Origin: Candidatus Micrarchaeia archaeon | GTDB taxonomy: Archaea > Micrarchaeota > Micrarchaeia > Micrarchaeales > Micrarchaeaceae | DNA: 64,000 nucleotides | NCBI GenBank assembly: GCA_049965095.1 | Contig: JBMFWR010000003.1 | Coordinates: forward strand, 5,786 to 69,785 | Direction: 5' to 3' | Shown: piece after piece, positions 52,279-61,746 of the stretch | Numbering within the stretch: the first letter of the stretch is position 1 | How the letters are laid out: each line of letters opens with the position of its first letter | Position numbers and translations under genes: made by a program | Notes under the pieces: generated by a model | Told to the model about the DNA's origin: nothing | The model's input: the letters and a program-made list of their open reading frames with translations, nothing else | Database searches by the model: none

Positions 52279-53439
52279 TCAATTATTATTTAACATTTCC
52301 TTATATAAATCAATAAGTTTGCTTGCAATGTTCTCTACAGAGTACATCTTTGCAGTACTTACTGTTTCTTTATATGCATCAATATTATTTATAACCTTTT
52401 CTATTTTTGATGCGCAGCTTACTGCATCGCCAGGCTTGAACTTTTCCCCGTTTTTGCCGTTTTTTATCATCTCGTGCAGCGCCAAATAGTCAGCACCTAC
52501 TACCGGTTTTCCGACTGCCATTGCTTCAAGAGATACGATGCCCTGCGTTTCAAACGTAGATGGCAGGCACAACAAATCAGCAGCCTTGTAGTATTTTGGA
52601 AGAAGCTTGTCGTCTATAAAGCCAACAAACTTAACCCTGTCGTGCATGTTCAGCCTGCCAACAAGATTCTTATAGTAATCCATTGCCGGACCCGTACCCC
52701 CGACAACAAGCATATAGTCGCTGTCAAGGCGCTTTATCGCTTTTATCAAAACATCAAGATGCTTTTCCTTGCTGAGCCTGCCTACGTAAAAAACAATCTT
52801 CTTCTTGCTGTGCCCAAGCAGGTGCTCCCTTATTGCGCTGCCGTCCACGCTGGGATTGAACCTCTTTGTGTCTATGCCGTTTGGTATCGTAACAGCATTC
52901 CTTATGCCTTTTCTGCTTACCAGCGCCTTTATTGCCTCGCTCGGCACTATAGTCTTATCGCACCTGTTGTAGAAGTATCTGGCATACTTCCAAGAGTACT
53001 TTACTGCATAACGCTTCAGCATTGGCGATGCGGGAAAATACTCGTTTATCACGCTCTTCTCTGTAAAAAGCGTATGGAATGACCCTACTACAGGCATTCT
53101 GTTCAGCTTTCCAAGCAATAGGGCATATGCACCCATGCTAAACGGCGTATGCGTATGCAGTATATCTGGCTTTATCTTCTTGAATTTGAAGTATGTAATG
53201 AAAGGAAAAAGCGCTATGTTGTATTGAGGGTACTTTTTGAACTTCGCGCTAGGCACCACAAATATTCCAGGATCCTTTGATACAAGCCTCTTTGTGTGCT
53301 CATTGCCGCTTACAAACAGGTAAACATTATGACCTCTTCGCTCAAGCTCGCTACGCATGCTTGTTATCGAAGTAACTACGCCATCAACAGCAGGTAGATA
53401 AGTATCGCTATAAAATGCTATGTTGAGCGTTTCCATCAT
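52279..53439 (-). CDS. glycosyltransferase family 4 (GT-B fold)
   Basis: N-terminal IAFYSDTYLPAVDGV, C-terminal EX7E-type region PSTFETQGIVSLEAMAVGKPVV. Confidence 0.85.
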   Translation of the reverse strand: MMETLNIAFYSDTYLPAVDGVVTSITSMRSELERRGHNVYLFVSGNEHTKRLVSKDPGIFVVPSAKFKKYPQYNIALFPFITYFKFKKIKPDILHTHTPFSMGAYALLLGKLNRMPVVGSFHTLFTEKSVINEYFPASPMLKRYAVKYSWKYARYFYNRCDKTIVPSEAIKALVSRKGIRNAVTIPNGIDTKRFNPSVDGSAIREHLLGHSKKKIVFYVGRLSKEKHLDVLIKAIKRLDSDYMLVVGGTGPAMDYYKNLVGRLNMHDRVKFVGFIDDKLLPKYYKAADLLCLPSTFETQGIVSLEAMAVGKPVVGADYLALHEMIKNGKNGEKFKPGDAVSCASKIEKVINNIDAYKETVSTAKMYSVENIASKLIDLYKEMLNNN

Positions 53440-53466
53440 TATACCTTGAGCACCTTAAAAGCCCAA

Positions 53467-53868
53467 TCACAAAGAGATTGCGTCTCCGCCGCCACTTTTT
53501 ATTTTCTCTATGGCGGCTTTTGAAAAGCCTGATGCTTTTATAATTGCAGGCTTGTCAAGCGTGCCATTGCTCAGCACCTTATAACCCTTCAGTTCTATTG
53601 TGGGCTTCTCCTCGCTGCGCGAGCTTATCATGCTGTTTACGCTATTAAGGCTTATGCTTTTCAATTTCTTCGGCTTCCATGGAGTAAATCCGTGGCTTTT
53701 CTTGAGCTCCGGATGCTTTGCCGTCATATAGGTAAACTTGTGCTTCCTTGAGCCGGCGTTTCCAACTCCGCCCCTATCTCCCGCACCTCTGGCATTCTTT
53801 ATGTTTCCAACGCCCCAATGCCTCGTGCCGAAATACTTTCTGTTCCTTTTGCCTTTTCTAACTACCAT
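53467..53868 (-). CDS. rpl15: 50S ribosomal protein uL15
   Basis: RKYFGTRHWGVGNIKNARGAGDRGGVGNAG... 133 aa. Confidence 0.9.
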   Translation of the reverse strand: MVVRKGKRNRKYFGTRHWGVGNIKNARGAGDRGGVGNAGSRKHKFTYMTAKHPELKKSHGFTPWKPKKLKSISLNSVNSMISSRSEEKPTIELKGYKVLSNGTLDKPAIIKASGFSKAAIEKIKSGGGDAISL

Positions 53869-53870
53869 TT

Positions 53871-54281
53871 TTACACCATCCGCTTTATAAGATCGTTAAT
53901 CTGCGCGCCCATGTAGCCCAGATCGCCGCCCTGTGCAAAGCCCTTTTTCGTGTTTTTATAACCGCGCTTTGGAGGATGCAGCTTTATTGGCATGCTCTCC
54001 TTGAGTTTCTTTTCGAAATCAGGCTGCTTTAAATCTATGCCTTCTATCCCTTTTGCCTTGAGCACGGCGGAAAGCACGCTGTCATCTATTTCGCCATAAG
54101 CTATGTAGTTGTTGCACTTGTTTAACATACCCATATATGATGGCGTAGCCTTTATTATCGAGCAGTTGTTTACGTGCGGCAGGTTAAGCCTGGCAAGCGT
54201 TTCTTTTATATCGGATCTTACATTCACGCCGCCCCTTATCCTGACAACGGCCACTAATTTGTTCATCAATTCTTTCTTCAT
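53871..54281 (-). CDS. rpl30: 50S ribosomal protein uL30
   Basis: VVRIRGGVNVRSDIKETLARLNLPHVNN... 136 aa. Ends 2 nt before the uL15 start. Confidence 0.85.
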   Translation of the reverse strand: MKKELMNKLVAVVRIRGGVNVRSDIKETLARLNLPHVNNCSIIKATPSYMGMLNKCNNYIAYGEIDDSVLSAVLKAKGIEGIDLKQPDFEKKLKESMPIKLHPPKRGYKNTKKGFAQGGDLGYMGAQINDLIKRMV

Positions 54282-54452
54282 AAAAACACGCTTTTCATGT
54301 TTATAATAAATGCTGACTTATACGGATTAACTTATAGATATCAAGCATTAAATATATATTTCTTGCTAATCTATTGGCACAAGCGTTCAATTTAGCTTGT
54401 ACAACACTTCATTTATATTTTTGTGTCACCATTTAAAATACTATGCATATGT

Positions 54453-55550
54453 TCAGAAAAACCATTTCTTCTTCTTAGAATCATCAAGCTCGGCAAACCT
54501 ACGCATCAGCTCCTTTTGCTCCTTGGAGAGGTGCTGCGGTATATCTACCTCTAGCTCAACGATTTCATCTCCGCGCCTTCCTCCTCTAAATTGAGGCATG
54601 CCTGCGCCGTGGATTGTTATCCTTGTGCCGCTTTGCGTGCCCTCTTCTATGTAAACCTTTTTGCTGCCTTCTATTGTGGGCACTTCTATCTCTCCTCCAA
54701 GCACCATCACGTAAAGAGGCACTTTTGCTTTTGTATAGATGTTGTCTCCATCACGCTCAAAGCGCTTGTCCTGCTGAACATGTATTTCTACGTAAAGATC
54801 GCCAACCCTGTCCTTACCATAATCACCCATCCCTTTGAGCCTGAGGCGCATGCCAGAATCGACTCCTGGAGGTATCTTAACTTCAACCTTCTCTTCCGCA
54901 CTGATGCTTCCAGAGCCGTTGCAAACTCTGCACGCCTTCTCGTATATCCTACCTGTACCTCTGCACTTTGGACACGTGCTTATTGTTTGCATCATGCCGA
55001 ATGGGGTCCTGCGTGTCTGGCGAACCTGGCCTGTGCCATTGCACATATCACATTTTACCACTTTGCTTCCGGGTTCATAGCCGTGACCCCCACAATGATC
55101 GCACACTTTTGTATGCCTTACTGAAAGAGTCTTTGTTGTACCATGAACCGCTTCTTCAAGTGTTATGTTGACCCTTGCAAGAATGTCGTTGCCTGCATCG
55201 TAATTGCCGCGCGGGGAAAAACCAAATATGTTCTCAAACAGGTCTTGAGAGCCAAAGTTGCCCCCAAATAGGTCGCTGAATATGTCTTCGAAATCGAAGT
55301 TCCTGAATATGTCTTCAGGAGAGTACTTCTGGCTGAAGCCCTCTGGACCAAATGAATCGTACTGCTTGCGCTTCTCTGGATCGCTAAGCACAGCATAAGC
55401 CTCATTTATCTCCTTGAATTTCTCTTCAGCATCAGGGCTTTTGTTCCTGTCGGGGTGGTACTTGAGCGCCAGCTCCCTGTAAGCCTTCTTTATATCGTCT
55501 ATGCTGGCGTCTTTGCCAACCCCCAATATGCTATAATAATCCTTTGCCAT
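54453..55550 (-). CDS. dnaJ: chaperone DnaJ
   Basis: J domain DYYSILGV...HPD, a G/F region, and four CxxCxGxG repeats ([32 protein letters not shown]). Confidence 0.92.
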   Translation of the reverse strand: MAKDYYSILGVGKDASIDDIKKAYRELALKYHPDRNKSPDAEEKFKEINEAYAVLSDPEKRKQYDSFGPEGFSQKYSPEDIFRNFDFEDIFSDLFGGNFGSQDLFENIFGFSPRGNYDAGNDILARVNITLEEAVHGTTKTLSVRHTKVCDHCGGHGYEPGSKVVKCDMCNGTGQVRQTRRTPFGMMQTISTCPKCRGTGRIYEKACRVCNGSGSISAEEKVEVKIPPGVDSGMRLRLKGMGDYGKDRVGDLYVEIHVQQDKRFERDGDNIYTKAKVPLYVMVLGGEIEVPTIEGSKKVYIEEGTQSGTRITIHGAGMPQFRGGRRGDEIVELEVDIPQHLSKEQKELMRRFAELDDSKKKKWFF

Positions 55551-55588
55551 TTATTCGCCCTATAGGCTTCTCGTTGCTTTTATAGTGG

Positions 55589-57445
55589 TTACTTTTTAAC
55601 CTTGAAGTCTGCATCTGTTGGTCCTGCGCCTTCGCCGCCTTGCTGATCTGAACCTGAGCCTCCGGCACCAGTGCCAGAGCCATCTCCTGCTCCGGCTCCC
55701 GGAGTGCCCTTATACATTGCACTGCCGATTTCTTCCAATGCATTCTTTAACTCTTCCGTTTTCTGCTTGATCTTGTCGAAATCCTCGGTTTTCAGGGTCT
55801 CCTCGAGCTCTGCTTTTGCCTTCTCCACTTTGTCCTTGACATCAGCCGGCACTTTGTCCTTGTATTCTTCAAGAGTCCTTTCGGCAGTGTATATCATTGA
55901 TTCAGCACCGTTCTTTATTTCTATGCGCTCCCTTGTCTTTTTGTCTTCTTCCTCGAAACGCTGTGCCTCCTGTATTTTCTTGTCGATGTCTTCCTTGCTC
56001 ATTTTGTGAGGAGCTACTATGTCCATGCTCTGCGCTTTGCCAGAAGCTTTGTCTTTTGCGGTTACGTGCAGTATGCCGTTCGAATCTATGTCAAAAGTAA
56101 CTTCTATCTGTGGCACTCCGCGCCTTGCCGGGGGTATTCCTGTAAGGGTAAACCTTCCTAGGTCTATGTTGTCCTTTGCAAGAGGTCTTTCTCCCTGCGT
56201 TATGTGTATATCTACGCTTGTCTGGAAATCCTCTGCAGTGGTAAATATCTGCGAGCGCTTTATTGGTATTGTCGTATTCCTTTCAATTATTGGAGTTGCA
56301 ACGCCACCAAGGGTCTCAATGCTCAAAGTCAATGGAGTAACATCAAGTAGCACTATATCCTTCACTTCACCAGTGAGCACACCTGCTTGTATTGCCGCAC
56401 CGAGCGCCACCGCTTCCATCGGGTCAACGCCGCGCTCTATCTTCTTGCCTAAGAGCTGCTCGATGTACCTCTGCACGATGGGCATGCGCGTAGGCCCTCC
56501 TACAAGTATTACCTTGTCCAGATCTGAAGGCTCCAACTTTGCATCCTTGAGCGCTTGCGTTATTGGCTTTGCAGTACGTTCAACTATTGGAAGCACTATG
56601 CTCTCAAGCTTTGCCCTAGTCATTGTATAGCTGAAATGCACAGGATTGCCTTTGTTCTGGGCCAGGAATGGAAGGTTTATTTCAGTTGATAAAGTTGTAG
56701 AGAGCTCTATCTTCGCCTTCTCTGCAGCTTCCTTGAGCCTCTGCATAGCCTGGGGGTCGCTGCTTATGTCTATGCCGTTCTTTGACTTGATCTCCTCTAC
56801 AAGGAACTTGACAATCGCATTGTCCATGTCTGTTCCTCCAAGCTGGGTATCGCCGTTCGTAGCTTTGACTTCAAATACACCCTTTCCGAACTCCATGATA
56901 GTTACGTCAAGAGTGCCTCCTCCAAAATCGTATACAAGTATTTTCATCTCCTTGTCTGATTTGTCAAGGCCGTATGCCAGGCACGCTGCGGTAGGCTCAT
57001 TGACAAGCCTCACTACTTCAAGCCCAGCAATCTCGCCGGCATCCTTTGTTGCCTGCCTTTGGTTGTCGTCAAAATAAGCAGGCACTGTTATGACTGCTTT
57101 CTTGACCTCTTCGCCAAGAAAAGCCTCAGCATCGTGCTTTATCTTCTGCAAAAGCATTGCTGAAAGCTCCTGCGGCTTGTATTCCTTGCCGAATATCTTG
57201 TAAACGTAATCAGTACCCATTTTCCTTTTGAAAGCGCTAACGGTGCCTTCAGGGTTTGCAACTGCCTGCCTTCTGGCCGGCTCTCCTATAAGCCTCTGGC
57301 CATCCTTTGTAAACGCTACATAGCTTGGAAAAGCCTTGCCATAGAGGGTAGTGCCTTCGCTGCTCGGTATTATTACTGGCCTGCCACCTTCCAAAACGGC
57401 AGCAGCCGAATTTGATGTACCTAGATCTATTCCTATTATCTTCAT
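55589..57445 (-). CDS. dnaK: chaperone DnaK (Hsp70)
   Basis: [19 protein letters not shown], substrate-binding and lid domains, G/A-rich tail. ATG 57445 preferred over the GTG at 57454. Confidence 0.95.
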   Translation of the reverse strand: MKIIGIDLGTSNSAAAVLEGGRPVIIPSSEGTTLYGKAFPSYVAFTKDGQRLIGEPARRQAVANPEGTVSAFKRKMGTDYVYKIFGKEYKPQELSAMLLQKIKHDAEAFLGEEVKKAVITVPAYFDDNQRQATKDAGEIAGLEVVRLVNEPTAACLAYGLDKSDKEMKILVYDFGGGTLDVTIMEFGKGVFEVKATNGDTQLGGTDMDNAIVKFLVEEIKSKNGIDISSDPQAMQRLKEAAEKAKIELSTTLSTEINLPFLAQNKGNPVHFSYTMTRAKLESIVLPIVERTAKPITQALKDAKLEPSDLDKVILVGGPTRMPIVQRYIEQLLGKKIERGVDPMEAVALGAAIQAGVLTGEVKDIVLLDVTPLTLSIETLGGVATPIIERNTTIPIKRSQIFTTAEDFQTSVDIHITQGERPLAKDNIDLGRFTLTGIPPARRGVPQIEVTFDIDSNGILHVTAKDKASGKAQSMDIVAPHKMSKEDIDKKIQEAQRFEEEDKKTRERIEIKNGAESMIYTAERTLEEYKDKVPADVKDKVEKAKAELEETLKTEDFDKIKQKTEELKNALEEIGSAMYKGTPGAGAGDGSGTGAGGSGSDQQGGEGAGPTDADFKVKK

Positions 57446-57490
57446 ATATATCACTTGTTTCGCTTTTTGTTTTTTTTTATTTAATACAAA

Positions 57491-58102
57491 TTATTCCTTT
57501 TTTTCCTTTTTTCCTTCATTTGCTGAACTCTGTTCAGCCTTCTTTGATATTATTACGCTTGCAGGCCTCAGCATTATTTCTCCATACATGTATCCTTTCT
57601 TTACCACTTCGATTATCGAGCCATCATCGACGTTGCTCTCCTTTACGAGCATGATCTCATGTTTGTATGGATCAAATTTCCCCTTTGTGTCTATCTCGCT
57701 AAGCCCTTCTTTTTTCAGGACTTCCATCATGTTTGAATAGACCATTTTGATGCCCCTTGCAACATCAGAAGCTGCACCATCGCTGCCATGCTCGCCTGCA
57801 TTTTTATCAGCAGCAATTATCGCAAGCTCGAATTCATCTATTATTGGAAGCAGACTTTTTATCAGTTCTGCCTTGCCCACTTTTTTAGCATTGTCTATTT
57901 CCTGGCGTGTGCGCTTCTTGTAGTTGTCAAATTCAGCTATCGCTCTTAGGAGCTTTTCCTTGAGTTCCTGTGCATTTTCGACATCTGGTTTTTCGCCTTC
58001 GTGGCTGGTGTTATGTGCAGTAGCACTATCATTCTTACCGTTTCTGTTGCCAGGATTTGCTTGACCTGCATTGCTGTTGTTATCCTGCTTTTGTTCTGCC
58101 AT
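57491..58102 (-). CDS. grpE: nucleotide exchange factor GrpE
   Basis: N-terminal low-complexity region, then LLRAIAEFDNYKKR...LLPIIDEFE... and a C-terminal beta domain ...KKGYMYGEIMLRPA.V. Confidence 0.85.
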   Translation of the reverse strand: MAEQKQDNNSNAGQANPGNRNGKNDSATAHNTSHEGEKPDVENAQELKEKLLRAIAEFDNYKKRTRQEIDNAKKVGKAELIKSLLPIIDEFELAIIAADKNAGEHGSDGAASDVARGIKMVYSNMMEVLKKEGLSEIDTKGKFDPYKHEIMLVKESNVDDGSIIEVVKKGYMYGEIMLRPASVIISKKAEQSSANEGKKEKKE

Positions 58103-58107
58103 AAGTA

Positions 58108-58524
58108 TCACTTCAACCTTTTCCTCTCTTTGCTGTTAAACTCTAGCTTTTTACTTTCTTTACTGTCAAACTCCCGCGCCAAGTCAAGCATTCTTTGCAT
58201 CTCCCTATTAATGTCATATTCCATCTCCTCTATTAGAGATGATAGACTTGAACCCCTGAACATGTACTTCCTGCCCTTTCGCACCACGAGCCCTGCATCT
58301 ATGAACCTATTAAGATGATAAATGACTGTGCTCCTGGCGATAGAGCTGAAAGAAAGTTCCGAGCTTGTTATGGGTTTGTTCCGCCTAGCCGCACTAATGA
58401 ACTTCTTCATCAGCTCTGTCTCTATTTCTGAATCAAGATCAAACACCTTGCAGAACCACCTGATTATTGCATCAGGATTCTCCTCGCGCGGGCGCTCTAT
58501 GCTCTTGATTACTATCTTTCCCAT
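58108..58524 (-). CDS. winged-HTH (ArsR-like) protein, first gene of grpE-dnaK-dnaJ operon; candidate heat-shock regulator
   Basis: ITSSELSFSSIARSTVIYHLNRFIDAGLVVRKGRKY is HTH plus wing. The stop is 5 nt before the grpE ATG. Confidence 0.6.
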   Translation of the reverse strand: MGKIVIKSIERPREENPDAIIRWFCKVFDLDSEIETELMKKFISAARRNKPITSSELSFSSIARSTVIYHLNRFIDAGLVVRKGRKYMFRGSSLSSLIEEMEYDINREMQRMLDLAREFDSKESKKLEFNSKERKRLK

Positions 58525-58586
58525 GATTATATATTTGTGTAGCGATATGTTTAAATAACTTTCGTTTTATATAAATAATAATTGAA

Positions 58587-58607
58587 TTGTCAAAAAAAAT
58601 TTGACAA
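58587..58607. promoter_or_regulatory. perfect palindrome TTGTCAAA-N5-TTTGACAA between hsp20 TATA box and SD; candidate operator
   Basis: The inverted repeat is centred about 26 nt downstream of the TATA-like TTTTATATAAATAA (58565..58578) and 11 nt upstream of ATG 58618 (SD-like AGGTGAT). Confidence 0.45.
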
Positions 58608-58617
58608 AGGTGATACC

Positions 58618-59076
58618 ATGAAGGAGAAGAGGAACCTTGCAAGAACCGATATAAACTGGCTAGACCTAGACCCATTTAGAGCATTTACCACGATGGTGAG
58701 GGAGCCGCTGTTTGAATATCCTAGAAGGCTCAGGGAGATGCTCAACGAAGGCTACGAAATGCCCAAGGTAGATATAGAGGACAAAGGCAATTCGTTCAAT
58801 ATTAGAGTGGATATACCAGCAGTAGACAAGAAGGACATAAAGCTGAAGGTCACAGACAACACTATAACAATACGCGCAGAGAAGACAGAGGAAAAAGAAA
58901 AGGAAGGCGCAGACTACTACGCAAAAGAACGCTCTTCTGTAGGTTTCTACAGGGTCATAGAGCTGCCTGATGAAGTGAAGGGCAACACAGCAAAAGCAAA
59001 GTACAACAACGGGACATTAAGTATAGAGGTAGAGAAGGCAAAGAAGGAAGAGGGCTCAGAAGTAAAAATAGATTAG
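58618..59076 (+). CDS. small heat-shock protein (Hsp20/alpha-crystallin)
   Basis: ...VDIEDKGNSFNIRVDIPAVDKKDIKLKVTDNTITIRAE...FYRVIELP..V....AKAKYNNGTLSIEV. Confidence 0.85.
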   Translation: MKEKRNLARTDINWLDLDPFRAFTTMVREPLFEYPRRLREMLNEGYEMPKVDIEDKGNSFNIRVDIPAVDKKDIKLKVTDNTITIRAEKTEEKEKEGADYYAKERSSVGFYRVIELPDEVKGNTAKAKYNNGTLSIEVEKAKKEEGSEVKID

Positions 59077-59080
59077 AATT

Positions 59081-59428
59081 TCAGCGCCCAAACACCCCAA
59101 AGAAACTCCAGGGGGTTCTTAATTGATCCATTTTTTTCTGGTTTTCTTGATGATATTTTTCTCTAGCAATTCGTGCTGAGAATATCTTCAATTCATTAAC
59201 ATCAATTGGTTTTTTGAATACGACTTGGCTTGTATGCTCTTCTGCCTTACTCCCTGAAGGTCTAATCTTTACTCCTGTAGCTGGTATATACACATTAGGT
59301 AGTATATACCCATTTCGTAGCAATAAATACAAGTGATTGTTGAATAGGCCTTTTGTTGGGGCAGATTCATTTTCATTATTCCTTAAAAGGCCAATATATT
59401 GCTTTTGATATTGATTCATTTTTACCAT
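59081..59428 (-). CDS. hypothetical protein
   Basis: 115-aa ORF with no recognisable motif. Coding status is supported only by length and lack of a competing gene. Confidence 0.35.
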   Translation of the reverse strand: MVKMNQYQKQYIGLLRNNENESAPTKGLFNNHLYLLLRNGYILPNVYIPATGVKIRPSGSKAEEHTSQVVFKKPIDVNELKIFSARIAREKYHQENQKKMDQLRTPWSFFGVFGR

Positions 59429-59521
59429 GCCTTTAAACTTTTACCAACATATAGCGCTCTTCCCCATATTTAAAGGTTTCGCTTTCCAGCAAAAACATGA
59501 CGTCGTATTGTAATTTTGCAA

Positions 59522-60304
59522 CTACGCGTTATGCTGAACCAAAGAGAAGGTTCCGGCAGGCAAAGAACGCATTATGTCATCGATGTTTTCATATCCTAGA
59601 AAAGAGCTGAGCCTTTTTGCAGCGTCGGATTTTTTGATATTTCCCTGGCTTACTTCAACGTATGCACCTTTGAAGCCCACCCTTTCAAACGAGGACCTTG
59701 GATAAATGCAAAACCTTTCTTTTTCCACGAAGGCAACGAGCTGCAACTTTGCACCCTTAAACCATTCGCGCTCGCCTTTTAGAAGGAAGCTCCCGGTGCC
59801 AAGGGAACCCTTGTTGGTTGATTTGGTAACCTGTTCTTTCTTTAAGGCGTATACATCTACGCTGCTGAGCATGCGCTCCCACGCGCTGGAAAAACATGCT
59901 GCAAATTGGGCTGCTTCCTCTTTTGCGTTTTGGCTTGCGTTGGTACCGTTTTTGAGTACAACTGCAGAAGCTCCAAATATATCTGCATGGAAGAATAGAT
60001 CATTGTCTTCAAAATAGCGCGAGTTTATGAGCTCGTTCTGGTGGGCATCCCTGCCACCTATGGCAAGAAGGGAATCGCTTGTAAAAAACCAGTGGAACTT
60101 CTCGTACCACTCCTTTTGCCTCGTTACTACAAGCTTGCGCTTCTCTTCATTGGAGCTCTTTTCCCGTTCTTCGGCAAGCCGCTTGCTCAGCTCTTCTATT
60201 GCCTTTTCAGCGCCCTCTTTTTTTGCCATCAGCTTCTTTGAGCGCTTGTAGTAGTTGTCAGCGTTCTGCTGGGCAGACAGGGTGAAATCAATTCTTATTT
60301 CCAT
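59522..60304 (-). CDS. NFACT-R (DUF814) domain protein, short form lacking NFACT-N
   Basis: A coiled-coil lead-in then WFFTSDSLLAIGGRDAHQNELINSRYFEDNDLFFHADIFGASAVVLK (DUF814 core). 260 aa. Confidence 0.7.
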   Translation of the reverse strand: MEIRIDFTLSAQQNADNYYKRSKKLMAKKEGAEKAIEELSKRLAEEREKSSNEEKRKLVVTRQKEWYEKFHWFFTSDSLLAIGGRDAHQNELINSRYFEDNDLFFHADIFGASAVVLKNGTNASQNAKEEAAQFAACFSSAWERMLSSVDVYALKKEQVTKSTNKGSLGTGSFLLKGEREWFKGAKLQLVAFVEKERFCIYPRSSFERVGFKGAYVEVSQGNIKKSDAAKRLSSFLGYENIDDIMRSLPAGTFSLVQHNA

Positions 60305-60319
60305 AAAAAAACTTCAAGA

Positions 60320-60517
60320 TCAGATAAACGCTAATGAGCCTGTTACGAGCAGTGATACTACAACAGCTATAGCTAAGCCGAGGAAGCCTAAAAGCAGGAT
60401 CCCTATTATTATGAGCTTTGCACTCTTGTTGAATTCCTCTGCGCTGGGCTTGTAGCTGACGCTCAGCACATGTCTTGAATTGTCTACGAATTGGCGGAAC
60501 TTGCCCCTTATTGACAT
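60320..60517 (-). CDS. secE: protein translocase subunit SecE/Sec61-gamma
   Basis: MSIRGKFRQFVDNSRHVLSVSYKPSAEEFNKSAKLIIIGILLLGFLGLAIAVVV: basic amphipathic N terminus, K-P-(x)3-E-F, single TM. Start set at ATG 60517 (65 aa). Confidence 0.7.
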   Translation of the reverse strand: MSIRGKFRQFVDNSRHVLSVSYKPSAEEFNKSAKLIIIGILLLGFLGLAIAVVVSLLVTGSLAFI

Positions 60518-60594
60518 TAAAACACTCAGATTGGCTTTTATAAATTTGCAAAACATATTTATAAAGATATCGCTAACTTTAGAGAGTGCAGGCA

Positions 60595-61746
60595 ATGGAA
60601 AACTACATAGAGGTACATTTTGGGGAGATATGGCTCAGAGGAAGGAACAGGCCAGATTTTATAAACGCCCTGATTTCAAACATCAGCAAAGCGCTTGAGG
60701 GAGAGCGCTATGGCAGCATTATAGACGCAAGGGACAGGCTGCTTATAAAGCCTAAAGGTGTGCCAAAGCAGAGCATTTATGAGAAGCTGGGAAAGGTTTT
60801 CGGAATCAGCTGGTACGCAAAATCAATCCTTGTGGGGAATTCTATTGAAGAGATAATAGAAGGCGCATGCAAGCTTGCAAAAGAGCAGAAAATTAACAAG
60901 CTTAAGATAGTGGCACACAGGAGCGCAAAAATAACCCCTTTTAATTCATATCAGATTGTAAGCGAATTCATAAAGAATAATCAAAAGTTAAACTTTACTC
61001 CTGCTAGAGAAGCTAATGACACGCTTTACATCAACATAACGGGAAAAGGCGCATTTATGCACATAAACAGGTTCGAAGGTGCTGGCGGCATACCTGTTGG
61101 CACTGAGGGAAGAGCTATAGTCCTACTTTCCGGAGGGATCGATTCGCCTGTTGCTGCTTACATGGCAATGAAGAGGGGCATCAAGCCCGTTTACCTGCAT
61201 GTGCACCCCTTTCAGAATTGCGAAGAAGCAAAAAGCTCTAAGATAGCAAAGCTTGTAGGCATTATGGCGCAATACGGCAATGGCGCCAAGGTCTATTACG
61301 CACCAGCGCACATATTCCAATCTTCTGTCCTCTCCCTTGGCAAAAAATATGGAAGGTATGAGACGATAGTATTCAAGAGGTTCCTGTTCAAGCTTGCAGA
61401 GAAGATTGCTGTAGTTGAAGGAGCTGAAGCAATAGTGACTGGAGAGAGCCTCGGCCAGGTTTCATCCCAAACAGCATCAAACATGAATGCAGCATCATAC
61501 GGCATAAAAGCCCTCATATTGCGGCCGCTCGTTACATACGATAAGAACGACATTGTTGAAAACGCCAGGAAGATAGGAACGTTTAACATATCCACAATAC
61601 CCTACAAAGATGTATGCTCCATAACAGCGCGAAACCCTAAAACAAGGGCAGAACCTGAGCTTATAGAAGAGCTTTGCTCAAAGGCCAGGATTGATCAAGC
61701 TGTAGAAAGGACAATGGAAAAAATGTGCTTTGACACGTTTGGCTAG
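60595..61746 (+). CDS. thiI: tRNA 4-thiouridine synthase ThiI (THUMP + PP-loop, no rhodanese domain)
   Basis: N-terminal ferredoxin-like/THUMP region, PP-loop LLSGGIDSPVAA, ...TGESLGQVSSQT... Confidence 0.85.
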   Translation: MENYIEVHFGEIWLRGRNRPDFINALISNISKALEGERYGSIIDARDRLLIKPKGVPKQSIYEKLGKVFGISWYAKSILVGNSIEEIIEGACKLAKEQKINKLKIVAHRSAKITPFNSYQIVSEFIKNNQKLNFTPAREANDTLYINITGKGAFMHINRFEGAGGIPVGTEGRAIVLLSGGIDSPVAAYMAMKRGIKPVYLHVHPFQNCEEAKSSKIAKLVGIMAQYGNGAKVYYAPAHIFQSSVLSLGKKYGRYETIVFKRFLFKLAEKIAVVEGAEAIVTGESLGQVSSQTASNMNAASYGIKALILRPLVTYDKNDIVENARKIGTFNISTIPYKDVCSITARNPKTRAEPELIEELCSKARIDQAVERTMEKMCFDTFG

